This document shows, piece after piece, positions 20,840 to 31,499 of a stretch of DNA of 34,883 nucleotides. The position numbers and the translations under genes were made by a program. Position 1 is the stretch's first letter. Every line of letters starts with the position of its first letter. The DNA lies in contig NC_068996.1 of assembly GCF_001194135.2 (NCBI RefSeq), forward strand, positions 30,051,298 to 30,086,180, given 5' to 3'. The DNA comes from Octopus bimaculoides. Its lineage: Eukaryota. The notes below the pieces were generated by a model that was not told the origin of the DNA, did no database searches, and saw only the letters and a program-made list of their open reading frames with translations.

Positions 20840-21207
20840 GGCAATTTATGTCTGCAATGACACAAGAAAACAGTTTGACCTGTGCTAAGCAGTTACTTAA
20901 CAAGGTTAAAAACTTTCATGAACATGCATTGGTTCTTCTCTTCAACCAAAGGTCTAACTGGTTATGTGTAGATCCTTCTGATATCCCCAGAATGATACTC
21001 ATTATGTTTCCAGCAACTGTAATGGTTTTAGGAGTGATAAGTAATAAAGGTCATGTCATGAAACCTTACATCTTTGCACAGGTTCGTAGAATTAATGCTG
21101 CTGTATATGTTAAGATATTGGAAACAGTCATTAAGCCTTGTCTTTGCGATTGAAATCTAGAGAGATTGTAGAGTCCACCATCTAAGTGATTTTTGACCCA
21201 TACTCCA
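20840..21207 (+). mobile_element. maT (DD37D-type) transposase fragment, related to 846-1915
   Basis: AKQLLNKVKN..NWLCVDPSDIPRM..FPATVMVLGVISNKGHVMKPYIFAQ..RINAAVYVKILETVIKP, internally deleted. Confidence 0.82.
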
Positions 21208-21289
21208 GGGTTGTCAGGTGAAATTTTGTAGAGCATGGCAGTAAAGTACAGAGAGACCAATATTGGGGAAAGTACACACAGATATATAT

Positions 21290-21389
21290 NNNNNNNNNNN
21301 NNNNNNNNNNNNNNNNNNNNNNNNNNNNNNNNNNNNNNNNNNNNNNNNNNNNNNNNNNNNNNNNNNNNNNNNNNNNNNNNNNNNNNNNN
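21290..21389. other. Assembly gap (100 N)
   Basis: Run of N. Confidence 1.
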
Positions 21390-21879
21390 GAGCACAATTC
21401 GACAAACTCACATTCGAACAAAATGCCTTTGTTGAGGTAACTCCTGATTTGTTATTCTCAGAACACTGACCCCATTCCTTCTCTGCTGCATAAACAATTA
21501 ATCTCCACCATGGTGTGCACACACATTGTGACCCCACATGACCTCAAAATAGCCACTGCCAATAACAGTAAACATCCAGCAGTGAGGCTTTCCATTGCAA
21601 TAAATGAAAGTGATTTCTATGTGTAGCATGAAATAGTTAAAGCAATAACTGCCTCTGCACTGCACAAGCTACTGGTAAGTACTTACTACTTCCTTCATTC
21701 ATTTCATTAGCAGTACTAACCGGTGTTGCATGGGTCTTAATAAATTACCATGAAACTGCGGAGACATGAGGCCTTACACTTGAGAAAAGATGGTTTGGGG
21801 CATGACATTGTTAAAGCAATAACCTTGGTAACCTCTTGAATCAAATCAATACCCAAGCTGCTTTTCAAAAAGTTAAATT

Positions 21880-24190
21880 GTTGCGCTGTTTACGGTTTCC
21901 GTGTAGACATGCTTTCGGGTGAAGTGGGCCAAACCGCTGAACCACCAGACCAATTTGATTGAAATTTCATATATGCATTAGGTATGTTCTGAGGCATGTT
22001 TTAGTCATAACAACTGCTTCGATCAATGTTCGGTTTTCGCAAAAACTCAATCAATGATTGTCGATTTTTTTCAAAAAGTCATCCAATTTCAACCAAACGC
22101 AGTACACATTTGCAGTTTGACCCAAAGAGTTTCACAGTGTCTCGATACTCAGGAGATGACTAGAAGACTGAAACTGAACCACAAAATCACAATGAAGCTG
22201 CATACCAGCTGCATTTGATGTGACACCAGATTATTGAGATTTATTTTTCTAGAGATCCATTATAACAGCTACATGGTGCACCTGACCCAACACAAGTGCT
22301 TTTATCTTCACCTTCTGTTACATGAGGTACATGGGTCCCAGTTGTTCGATGACCTAAGGACTGTCGATGGCTCTGTTTGCAGCACTTACAGAGAAGCATG
22401 CCTCAAGCAGAGTTTGCTGGAAGACGATGCGCAATGGCAGGCTACGTTATTCGAAGCTGTTGCATCCTAGACACCTAAACGTCTACGAGCTCTATTTGCT
22501 GTTATCCTGCAAATTTGTGAACTGAACAACCCTTTGTCTTTGTAGCTCAAATTTAAAGACGACTTATCGGAGAACTTCATACGTCAGGCGAAGTTGCTTT
22601 TTTCTAGGATAGAAAGTATAAGCGATGGGGTATACAATCAAGCCTTGATCGACATTGAGAATACAGTTGCATCACTCGGTGGAAATGACTTGCCCTCATA
22701 CGGACTGCTTAAACCGCTGCGTTCAGAGTCAAATTTACTTCCTACAGCTGTTTTGCGAGAGACGTCCTACGACACAGATGCCCTTGCTAATTTCGTCCTA
22801 GAAACTGAACCAAAGCTTCTTCCAGATCAACGGCATATTTATACTATTGTGACTGATCATGTTCGTTACAGGAAAGGTGGTTTGTTTTTTCTTGATACTC
22901 CAGGGAGTACAGGCAAAACCTTTCTGATGAAGCTCATCCTAGCAATGGTCAGGATGCAAAAGAGCATTGTGGTTGCGGTCACATCTTCAGGGATTGCTGC
23001 AACTTTGCTGCCTGGTGGCGGAACTGCATACTCCACCTTTAAGTTGCCCCTCAATTTAACACCTACCTGCAATATAAGCAAGAATTCTGACCAGGGCCAA
23101 TTGATGAAATGCTGTCAGCTTATTGTGTGGGATGAGTGTACTGTGGCCCATAAGGGAGCCTTCGATGTATTAAACAGAACCCTTCAGGATATCAGGGGTT
23201 GCGAAGCCCCCATGGGAGGTGTTACACTTTTGCTTTCAGGTAACTTTAGGCAAACTCTTCCTGTTATCCCCAAAGGCATGCGAGCAGATGAAGTTCAAGC
23301 ATGCCTTAAGTCATCTCTGCTCTGGCGTCATGTCAGGTCACTGACCCTGACAATCAACATGAGAGCTCGATTGCTCGGCGACCAAATGTCGGCTAACTTC
23401 GCAAGTGACATTCTGAAACTTGGCAATGGTAAAGTGCCTCTTGACGCTGATGGAGAACTGGACGTCCACCCATTCGTAACTCCCATTTCACCTTTGGCCG
23501 AACTCAGCGATAAAGTGTTTCCCCGTTTAAAAGATAATTATCTCAATCATGAATGGCTGTCTGAAAGATCAGTTCTGGTTCCGAAAAACGTGACCGTTAC
23601 AAAACTCAATGACCAACTTTTGCAGTCACTTCCCGGTGCTCCTTTCGCATACAAATCTGTAGATACGATGGTAGAGGCAAATGAATCAATGAATTTCCCA
23701 ACAGAGTTCCTCAACTCTTTAGACCCTCTAGATCTACCACCACATCTGCTCTGCCTTAAAGTTGGAACTCCAGTTATGTTTCTGCGCAACAGAACACATC
23801 TGGTTGTAAAATAATTGATGAAGCATGTTGTCGAGGCAACCATCCTATCCGGATGCGGAAAAGGTGAGGGTGTATTCATTCCCAGGATTCTCCTTACTCC
23901 CTTGGGAGCAGACATACCTTTTGCCTTCAGAAGACTGCAATTCCCACTCTGGCTCAGCTTTGCCATGTATGTCAACAATCTCAGGGCTAGATTCTTTCAG
24001 TGGCCGGACTTCTTTTGGAAGAGCTAGCTGTACGTTGCATGCTCCAGAGTCGGCAGTAGAGACAGACTATTCACATTAACATGTCAGGGGAACACAATTG
24101 TCTATAATGAATTGCTACATATGTGCCAAGGCTGAAGTGGTTACGTTATCACCATGTATGCATATAACGGGTTATGCTCAAATATTTTTA
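21880..24190 (+). mobile_element. Helitron relic (internally deleted; RepHel C-terminal half)
   Basis: The 5' non-coding part has aaaccgctgaacc..accaatttgattgaaattt, which I recall from Helitron ends. It is followed by RepHel coding sequence. No clean 3' hairpin-CTAG end was seen, so boundaries are approximate. Confidence 0.85.
22234..24115 (+). pseudogene. Helitron RepHel Pif1-like SF1B helicase pseudogene
   Basis: CFYLHLLLHEV.G..FDDLRTVDG..TYREAC..LLEDD; Walker A LDTPGSTGKTFL; Walker B IVWDEC; SGNFRQTLPV; LTINMR; EFLNSLD..LPPH.L.LKVG; RRLQFPL..FAM; LYVACSRV. Stops at 22470, about 22545 and 23814, plus a frameshift in motif V. The TTG start in the ORF track is not a real start. Confidence 0.92.
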
Positions 24191-24229
24191 CTATTTTTTC
24201 CCATATCAGACGGAAGCATCAGAAAAGGG

Positions 24230-24600
24230 CCCCTGCCTCTTGACATTCTGTGGATTTATGGAAGGCGTTAGTGTGGTGCTCCTACGATGGCAAAGAGGTG
24301 GCAATTCGTTGCAGTTGCACGATAATAATGTGAAGAAACAATGTTGTCAAACAGCTGCTACAAATGGACCAGCGGAAAGGCAGGTTAGGTATCGCATATT
24401 TGAGGATATCTCTGCTGCCTTCTATACGGTCGATTACCTCAAGTATGTTTATTCATAACATTAAAGTGACCAGTTCAACGGAAAGGATACCAATTTACAA
24501 AATGCATGGCGGCCACGTGTTGCAAGAACCTATTGAGGGTGACATTCTAACTGTTGACCATTAACCTCATGCAACTGGGAGCAATCTATCTTAGGAAACG
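24230..24600 (+). mobile_element. Heavily decayed L2/CR1-type RT fragment
   Basis: GFMEGVS..., IFEDISAAFYTVDY (cf. LLDLSAAFDTVDH) and GHVLQEPIEG (cf. GVPQGSILGP) occur in the expected order across frameshifts. Confidence 0.45.
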
Positions 24601-24889
24601 CTGAAATTGTTCAACTCATTCTCTTCCTATACGTTTATCTGTGTGCTTCATTCTATGGCTTCATTCACATATTTACCAATATATATATTATATAATTTAA
24701 CAATATTATAAAATAAAATAAAAATTATCTCTATGGTTAATAACTATTTAATAATAATAATTTAGGAATCGATTAATGATATTTGGAAAATAGGTATTTG
24801 GGTGCATGTGGGTATGCCGAAGCTTTCTCAGTCCTCTGTTCAATAATTGTTTTTTTAGAGAAAAGAACATTATAGCTTACTGTTGGACA

Positions 24890-26480
24890 TCATCATCATC
24901 ATCATTGTTTAACGTCCATTTTCCATGCTGGCATGGGGTGGATGGTTTGACTGAGGACTGGCAAGCCAGTAGGCTGTACCAGATTCCGATATGATCGTGC
25001 AAGGTTTCTATAGCTGAATAAACTTCCTAACATCAATCACTCCGAGAATGTAACAGGTGCTTTTTACGTGCTACTGACACAGGAGCTAGTCAGGCAGCAC
25101 TGGCATTGACCATATTCAGATAGTGCTTTTTACGTGCCACCAGCACGGGGAGCCAGTCAGGTGTCACTGACATCGATCCACGCTTGCATGGTGCTTATTA
25201 CGTGCTACCAGCATGGGTGCCAGTCAGGCAGCGCTGGTATGGGTCATGATTATGATTTGGATTCCACTTGACTCAACAGGTCTTCTCAAGCACAGCGTAT
25301 TGCCTGATGATTTAAGGATACTTTTAAATGGGCTGGTTATGCACCACTGGTATTGGCCATGGCTGTGATCTCACTTTCCTCAACAGGTCTTCTCAATCAC
25401 AGCATATTTCCAAATGTCTTAGTCTCTTGTCATTGCTGGTCATGCATTACCGCCTCATCCCATGTCTTCCTAAATCTACCTCTTCCACAGGTTCCTTCCT
25501 CTGTAAGGGTGTGACACTTCTTCACACAGTTATCCACATCCATATACAGCACATGACCATACCAGCGCAGTTGTCTCTCTTGCACATTACATCTGATGCT
25601 TCTTATGTCCAACATTTCTCTCAGGGCACTTACTGTTACTTATGCACACAGACACATCCAGCGGCTCATACTAGCTTAATTTCTGTCAAGCCTAAGCAAG
25701 CCCTCAGCAGTCATGGCCCATGTTTCACTGCCATGTAGCATGGCTGTTTGCAGACATGCATCATACAGTCTACCTTTCACTCTGAGTGAGAGTCCCTTTG
25801 TTACCAACAGAGGTAGGAGCTTTCTGAACTTTGCCCAACCTATTCTTATTCTAGTGGCTACACTCTCAGAGCATGCATCCCCACTTCGTCATCTAGGTAC
25901 CTACAGACTTGGTCATTTAGGTAGCGGAAGCTATCAACTTTTAGTTTCTCCCCCCAACATGTGATGGAATCTGTTTCCTGTACATTTTTGTTTATTGCCC
26001 ATGTACATCTGCCACACACAAAAACTATCTTCCTGGTTAACCTTCCTTTCATATTGCTGCACCTCTTATGTGTCCATAGCTTACACCAGGTACATCTTAT
26101 GGAGTTTCTACCTACACCTTTTCTACAAATCAAACAGGGCCATCTACTCCAGTAGCCTAGTTCCCGCTTCATTTCAGGAACCAGTTCCATGGCTCCCATG
26201 AACATGAAAGATACTGGGCTGCTGTCTGACATGCCCATTAAAATCTCCATCCAAAAAGATGAGGTCATTGTCACCCGTCTTTGAGGTAGACTGCAAAAGA
26301 ATTTGGTAGGCCCGCTTGTGGAGCATAGGCAGAGATAATTGTAGCTATACTTTTCTGCATCTGTAAGACTAGCCTGAACTTAAGCATTCTATTGCACATC
26401 CTGACTACCTCTATGACCTTATCCATCCATTTCTCTGCAAAGAGTATGCCCACACCACCTACTCTGTCATTGTTGAACAA
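24890..26480 (-). mobile_element. RTE LINE with a large internal deletion: endonuclease fragment joined to PHD-finger/RT C-terminus, 3' UTR and (GAT)n tail
   Basis: GGVGILFAEKWMDKVIEV..ATIISAYAPQ (EN), CLIC..CTWC..HKRC..CGRC, EKLKVDSFRYL, VQERQLRWYGHV..GRGRFRKTWDEAV, then 3' UTR repeats and the tail. Confidence 0.9.
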
Positions 26481-26860
26481 ATTCTGTCTGGGAGATAAGA
26501 TTTTGCAAAGGTTAATATTTTCCACCTAATTTTGAAACTAATATTGTAATCTTTTAATTTCAAAATGAATTTGCTAAGGCTTGTATTATTCTGTTTAATT
26601 CTGTTTCTAAAAGAATTCTCATGGTTTGAAATTCTGGTTTTCACAAAACATTCTGTAGAACCAACATGGTAGTAATTCTTACCTTCTGCTTCAATGATTG
26701 CTTGGTATATCAGATTCTTATGTTTGCAATTATTAAATTTGCATTTTTCTTTAACCTTACAATTGCAAAATTTTATGAAGATTATCTTTGGAATTAACTA
26801 AAATAGGTAGATTATTGGCAGTTACTTCCCCTTGATAGTTTAAACTAAAATTCTCAAATT
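26478..26860 (-). mobile_element. Penelope-like element GIY-YIG endonuclease fragment
   Basis: FCNCKVKEKCKFNNCKHKNLIYQAIIEAEGKNYYHVGSTECFVKTRISNHENSF..TSLSKFILKLKD..IRWKIL..AKSY. Confidence 0.78.
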
Positions 26861-26869
26861 CACTTGTAC

Positions 26870-27367
26870 AGCGTCCCTGTACATGGCTTGCGCAGCTCTC
26901 ACTAACCATTCATCTATCCTTAGTTTCCTCATTGACCAGCAGATAAGGGATTGGGAGACCCTGTCAAAGGCTTTCTCTATGTCAACGAAAGCCAGGTACA
27001 TAGGTTTATCTTCCGCTAGGTATTTCTCCTGCAGCTGTCTTACCAGAAATAGAGCATCAGTGGTGCTTTTCTCTGGCATGAACACAAACTGCATCTCATC
27101 TAAACTGACTCTCTCCCTAATTAGTTGGGCTATGACCCTCTCCGTCACCTTCATTACCTGATCCAACAGCTTGATACCTCTGTAATTATTTGTGTCTAAA
27201 GCATCACCTTTACCTTTGTAGCAGTTGACTATGGTGCTGCTACATCAGTCATTGCATATGACTCCTTCATGTATCACCTGGTTAATTATACAAGTAACTA
27301 GGCTATAGCTGATATTTTGAGCATCTCTGCAGTGATTCCTGATGGACCGGGAGCTTTCCCTGTCTTC
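26870..27367 (-). mobile_element. RTE LINE RT fragment
   Basis: KTGKAPGPSGITAEMLK..; DQVMKVTERVIAQLIRERVSLDEMQFVF..STTDALFLVRQLQEKYLA..LAFVDIEKAFDRV. Confidence 0.93.
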
Positions 27368-27674
27368 NNNNNNNNNNNNNNNNNNNNNNNNNNNNNNNNN
27401 NNNNNNNNNNNNNNNNNNNNNNNNNNNNNNNNNNNNNNNNNNNNNNNNNNNNNNNNNNNNNNNNNNNNNNNNNNNNNNNNNNNNNNNNNNNNNNNNNNNN
27501 NNNNNNNNNNNNNNNNNNNNNNNNNNNNNNNNNNNNNNNNNNNNNNNNNNNNNNNNNNNNNNNNNNNNNNNNNNNNNNNNNNNNNNNNNNNNNNNNNNNN
27601 NNNNNNNNNNNNNNNNNNNNNNNNNNNNNNNNNNNNNNNNNNNNNNNNNNNNNNNNNNNNNNNNNNNNNNNNNN
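27368..27674. other. Assembly gap (N run)
   Basis: Run of N. Confidence 1.
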
Positions 27675-29322
27675 TTATAATATACACACACACACACACA
27701 CATGTATATTCACACGCTCACCAAAAAATTATGAAGTAAGGGGTTTAGAAATAATAGAAAGAGGCAGAAATTTGATGTGAAGAGAGTAGGCAGAATTACA
27801 TGAAATGGATTTGAAAATACATAAATTAGAAGAGTTAAGTAAAATAAGATATAGCAGCGAATTGTCTGTTATTGTCAGATGGGATGTTTGTTCTTCTTTG
27901 GTATAGGATTATGTGTAATCCATGATGTAAAGTTCAGGAAAGAGCAGTGTGTAATCTTTTGAAACTACATTGACTTCCAAAAGTGTGGTATAGAAACTGT
28001 ATTGTGAAGCGGAGTTTTGGAGAGTGTGGGAACAAAAAATAATAACAATTTTATATTAGGTACAAAACCAGAACAATAAAGTGAAATATATTAGAGTCAG
28101 AAGTTTTTTTGTTTCTCTATCAGATGCTCTACCAATCCTGCCATTTCATGTCCTGTATGTTCACAGAATGAGGACCAATGCCAATGATTTTTTTAAGTTG
28201 ATGTTCAGTCTATAGGTTTGAAATAAAAATGTGGTCAGGTAATGCCTTTCCAAGAGTAAAAGTTCTAAAATAGTGCAGCATATGGGAGGTGAAACATTAA
28301 GGATAATGGGAATAGGAAAGGCAAAATGGTTGGGTAGGCCTCAATGAAGAGAGTGCTGGTAAATAGTTCAGGGAAGTAGAATGCATTGAATTGCAGACAG
28401 TAAGGTAGACAGGAAAAACAAATTTGTCTGTGAGCTAGTTGTAGAATGTTGAATTTGGTTTATTGTTAGTGCATGTAGCAGCAACATCATACCAGAGATG
28501 TGAGTGACGTGTTTTAATTGAACTTTGTATCGGGTTAACAACTGATCAGTACTGATATATTTGCAGCTCCAAAGAAGAATCTTCCACTTTGTGGCATAGT
28601 TTTGGTAATTTGAGACTTCTATGAGATATCACTGGAGGTTTTAAAGTTCGATATGTGTAATGAGTTTGGGGGTTTTAATTAAAGTACAGGACTTCCTAGA
28701 TATTTAAAGTGATTCTATCTTTGTACTGTTGAAACATTAGATTTTCATGTTTCCATTGAAAGAAATATTCTGAAATTCTCTGTTCACTCAGCTGGTGCAA
28801 GTTTAGCATAGAGCATCTTAGGTGAAGAAAGAATATGTGAAGAAGATTGAAGAGGAGACAATGTGATCCTCTACATGGTCACTTGAAGCAGGAACACTTC
28901 TAAGTTAGCTTGATCAGGGTTAATCTGGAGCTAAATAACCAGTTAAAGAAGTATGAAGGGTGATATTTTCTGCACTGGAATATTGGAAAAAGTGATATGA
29001 TTTTTTCACACAGAAGGAAGATTGTAAGATAAAACCAGAGTTATTGCATCTCAGGCTATACATTAATACAATTATTTACCAAGTCGATCAATGTTTACTT
29101 CCTCATTCCTTTCCTTCATTCTAAATTACATTACCTCCTCATTCTTTTCTTTCATTCTACCTTATATAAGTACTCAGTGCCTCTGAGGCATCAGTTTCCT
29201 CTTTCCTCTACAACGTGCAAACTCATACACACTCATGAACTTCACTGCATGATTTTTGCTACTGTAGACTACCATAACTTTCCTGATACTGTTTTCCACA
29301 TTTCGAATAAGAGAGAATGGCC

Positions 29323-29785
29323 AAGTCTTCCACTGGTGATGCTTAAAGTTTCTATCACTCTAAATCTTAAAGCAATTTACTGGCAAATTTGATAAAAGGG
29401 AGTTAGAGAAAACTATTTTAAAGTAAATTGACACTATAAAACATTTAAAATTCTTTTCTTTTATTCCTTTTGTACCTTTGTTGCTTGGATATCGACATGA
29501 TCATATACTTCCAATAGAGCCCCTTCGAGTAGTAATAGACTTAATAAAATAATAAGACAAAGTAATAAATAATTTAATAATTAAACAAACAATAAAAAGA
29601 TTAATAGCAACAATAATGAAATAAAAATAAATACGAAGAATTAACAAGTCTTCCACTGGTGATGCTTAAAGTTTCTATCACTCTGAATCTTAAAACAATT
29701 TAATGAGACATTTTTAATTCTTTTATTTTATTCATCTTGTACCTTTGTTGCTTGGATATCAACAACATGATTTATCCATCTAATG
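29323..29785 (+). repeat. AT-rich repeat with 323-bp period (units start at 29323 and 29646; second unit internally deleted)
   Basis: aagtcttccactggtgatgcttaaagtttctatcactct and cttgtacctttgttgcttggatatc recur. A third copy lies at 31147-31455. Confidence 0.88.
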
Positions 29786-31101
29786 GAGTCTGGACAAAAG
29801 TCCCCTGGGACAAAAGCTCTGCAGACAAAGGTCCCATAGTTAAAAGTTGAAAGTGGACAAAAAGCCCCACTGATATATTTTTTGGTAATTTTTCTTTCTT
29901 TTCACCTTCCACTTGTTTCAGTCATTAGGCTATGGCCATACTGGGCACTACTACCTTGAAGAATTTTTAGTTGAAAGTATTGACCCAAGGATTTTTTTTT
30001 ACTTGTTGCAATTATTAGATAGTGACCACCCATGCTGGGACACCAACTTGAAGAATTTTTAGAGGGCTGTGTGGAACCAGAATCTTTTTTTTAAAGTCTG
30101 ATCAGAACCACTTCTGTGATATATTTCGTTTTTTTTATCTTTTTACTTGTTGCAGTCATTAAACTGTGGCCATGCTGGGGCACCACCTTGAGGAATTTTT
30201 AGTCAAATGTCTCAACCCCAGAATTTTAAAAAATGATTTTCAACTAGCACATGAATTTAAGCCCTAGATGGTCATTCCACACGCTAGAAATAACAGCCCA
30301 GTCTCTTGAAATTTTTTGGTTTTCTTCTTTTTTTATTTTCTGAAAATCTTCTCACTTGTTTCAATCATTGGACTGCAGTTGTGCTGGGGTACTGCCTTGA
30401 GGAATTTTTAGTAGAATGTATCAACTCCAGAATCCTGTTAGGTGATTTCAACTAGCACATGAGGTTAAGCCTAGAAGGTCTCTCCACATGCTGGAAATAA
30501 GAGCCAAATCTAAAAAAATTTTAAATATAATTTCATGTAAACAAAAACGGAAATCGCGGTAGTAAAAAAAAAAGAATTCTATTTTCCAAAATTCCAATTT
30601 TTAAGTAAACAAAATACATTCAATTGAAAATGAATAAGCAGAATAGAATAACAGAACACATTTCAAGAAATGTGTTGAAGCATAAAACCTACATAGAAGC
30701 AATCTAGTTTATACATAACATGTATACACACAAACACACCTGTGTGTGTGTGAGAGAGAGAGAGAGAATCGAACTGAATGGGAAAACGTATTAAATTACC
30801 TACAAAAAAAATTTGCAAAACTATGTCATTCTGACCTATTTCCTAAAATTTATATTTCCAGCTGCATTTATGGTATAGCTCTACTTGTTATAGTTATCTC
30901 TTGTCCTAGGGGGATTTTGTCGGAGTAGGAGTGAGGTCTTTTGCTCTACACTCCCCTCCACTTTCTTTTTGACAAAAAAAAAAGTATGTCTGAGAACCGC
31001 TGAGCTTTTATCCACTTTCATACTTTAACTTATGACGCTTTTGTGCAGAGTTTTTTTTTGGGGGGGGGACCTTTTGCTGGGAGGCTTTTGTCATACACTC
31101 C
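29785..31101. mobile_element. Putative non-autonomous TIR DNA element with GGACAAAAG subterminal motifs
   Basis: Left end ggagtctggacaaaag..atagttaaaagttgaaagtggacaaaaagc is inverted-homologous to about 30990-31101 (reverse complement ggagtgtatgacaaaag..taagttaaagtatgaaagtggataaaagc). A further right-end copy lies at 30905-30960 and a left-end copy at 32455-32512. Confidence 0.62.
29905..30515 (-). repeat. Cluster of four SINE 3'-end units (starting about 29910, 30001, 30145, 30354); the last two form a roughly 210-bp tandem duplication
   Basis: acttgtt(t/g)cagtcatt..catgctggg..ccttga(a/g)gaatttttag is repeated four times. Confidence 0.75.
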
Positions 31102-31146
31102 CCTCCACTGGAGCCTATGGCAAATATTTATGAAATAAAGTAGTCC

Positions 31147-31455
31147 AAGTAATAAATAATTAATAAAACAAACAATAAAAAGATAAACAGCAACAATAAT
31201 GAAATAAAAATAAATACGAAGAATTAACAAGTCTTTCACTGGTGATGCTTAGAGTTTCTATCACTCTGAATTTTAAAGCATTTTCCTGACAAATTTATTT
31301 AATAAAAATAGGTCGGAGAAACCTATTTTGAAGCAAATTGAAACTATGAGACCTTTTAATTCTTTTATTTTATTCATCTTGTACCTTTGTTGCTCAGATA
31401 CCAACAACATGATCTTATTCCCCCAATAGAAACCCCTTCAAGTAATCCAAGACTT
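31147..31455 (+). repeat. Third copy of the 323-bp AT-rich repeat
   Basis: Direct homology to 29560-29785 and 29323-29540. Confidence 0.88.
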
Positions 31456-31499
31456 GGTCACCTAGGTAGTGGAAGTTATCAACTAATTCTAGTTTTCCC

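Noticed and set aside
21627-21690. HEIVKAITASAL resembling the DIRS tyrosine-recombinase motif AHEVRA.ATS
   Set aside because: Register differs and no upstream LCPV or downstream catalytic W...F...Y context could be found.
22594-23814. 406-aa ORF as a cellular PIF1 helicase gene
   Set aside because: Intronless, flanked by Helitron-specific RepHel motifs (CFYL.LLL, TYREAC, LLEDD), with stops, a frameshift and degenerate catalytic motifs. It is a Helitron pseudogene.
23547-23978. 143-aa minus ORF (and 22866-23081)
   Set aside because: Antisense shadows of the Helitron helicase frame.
29323-31455. Repeat clusters as a CRISPR-like array
   Set aside because: Units are long, divergent and SINE- or satellite-derived, with no constant repeat/unique spacer pattern. 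The context is eukaryotic.
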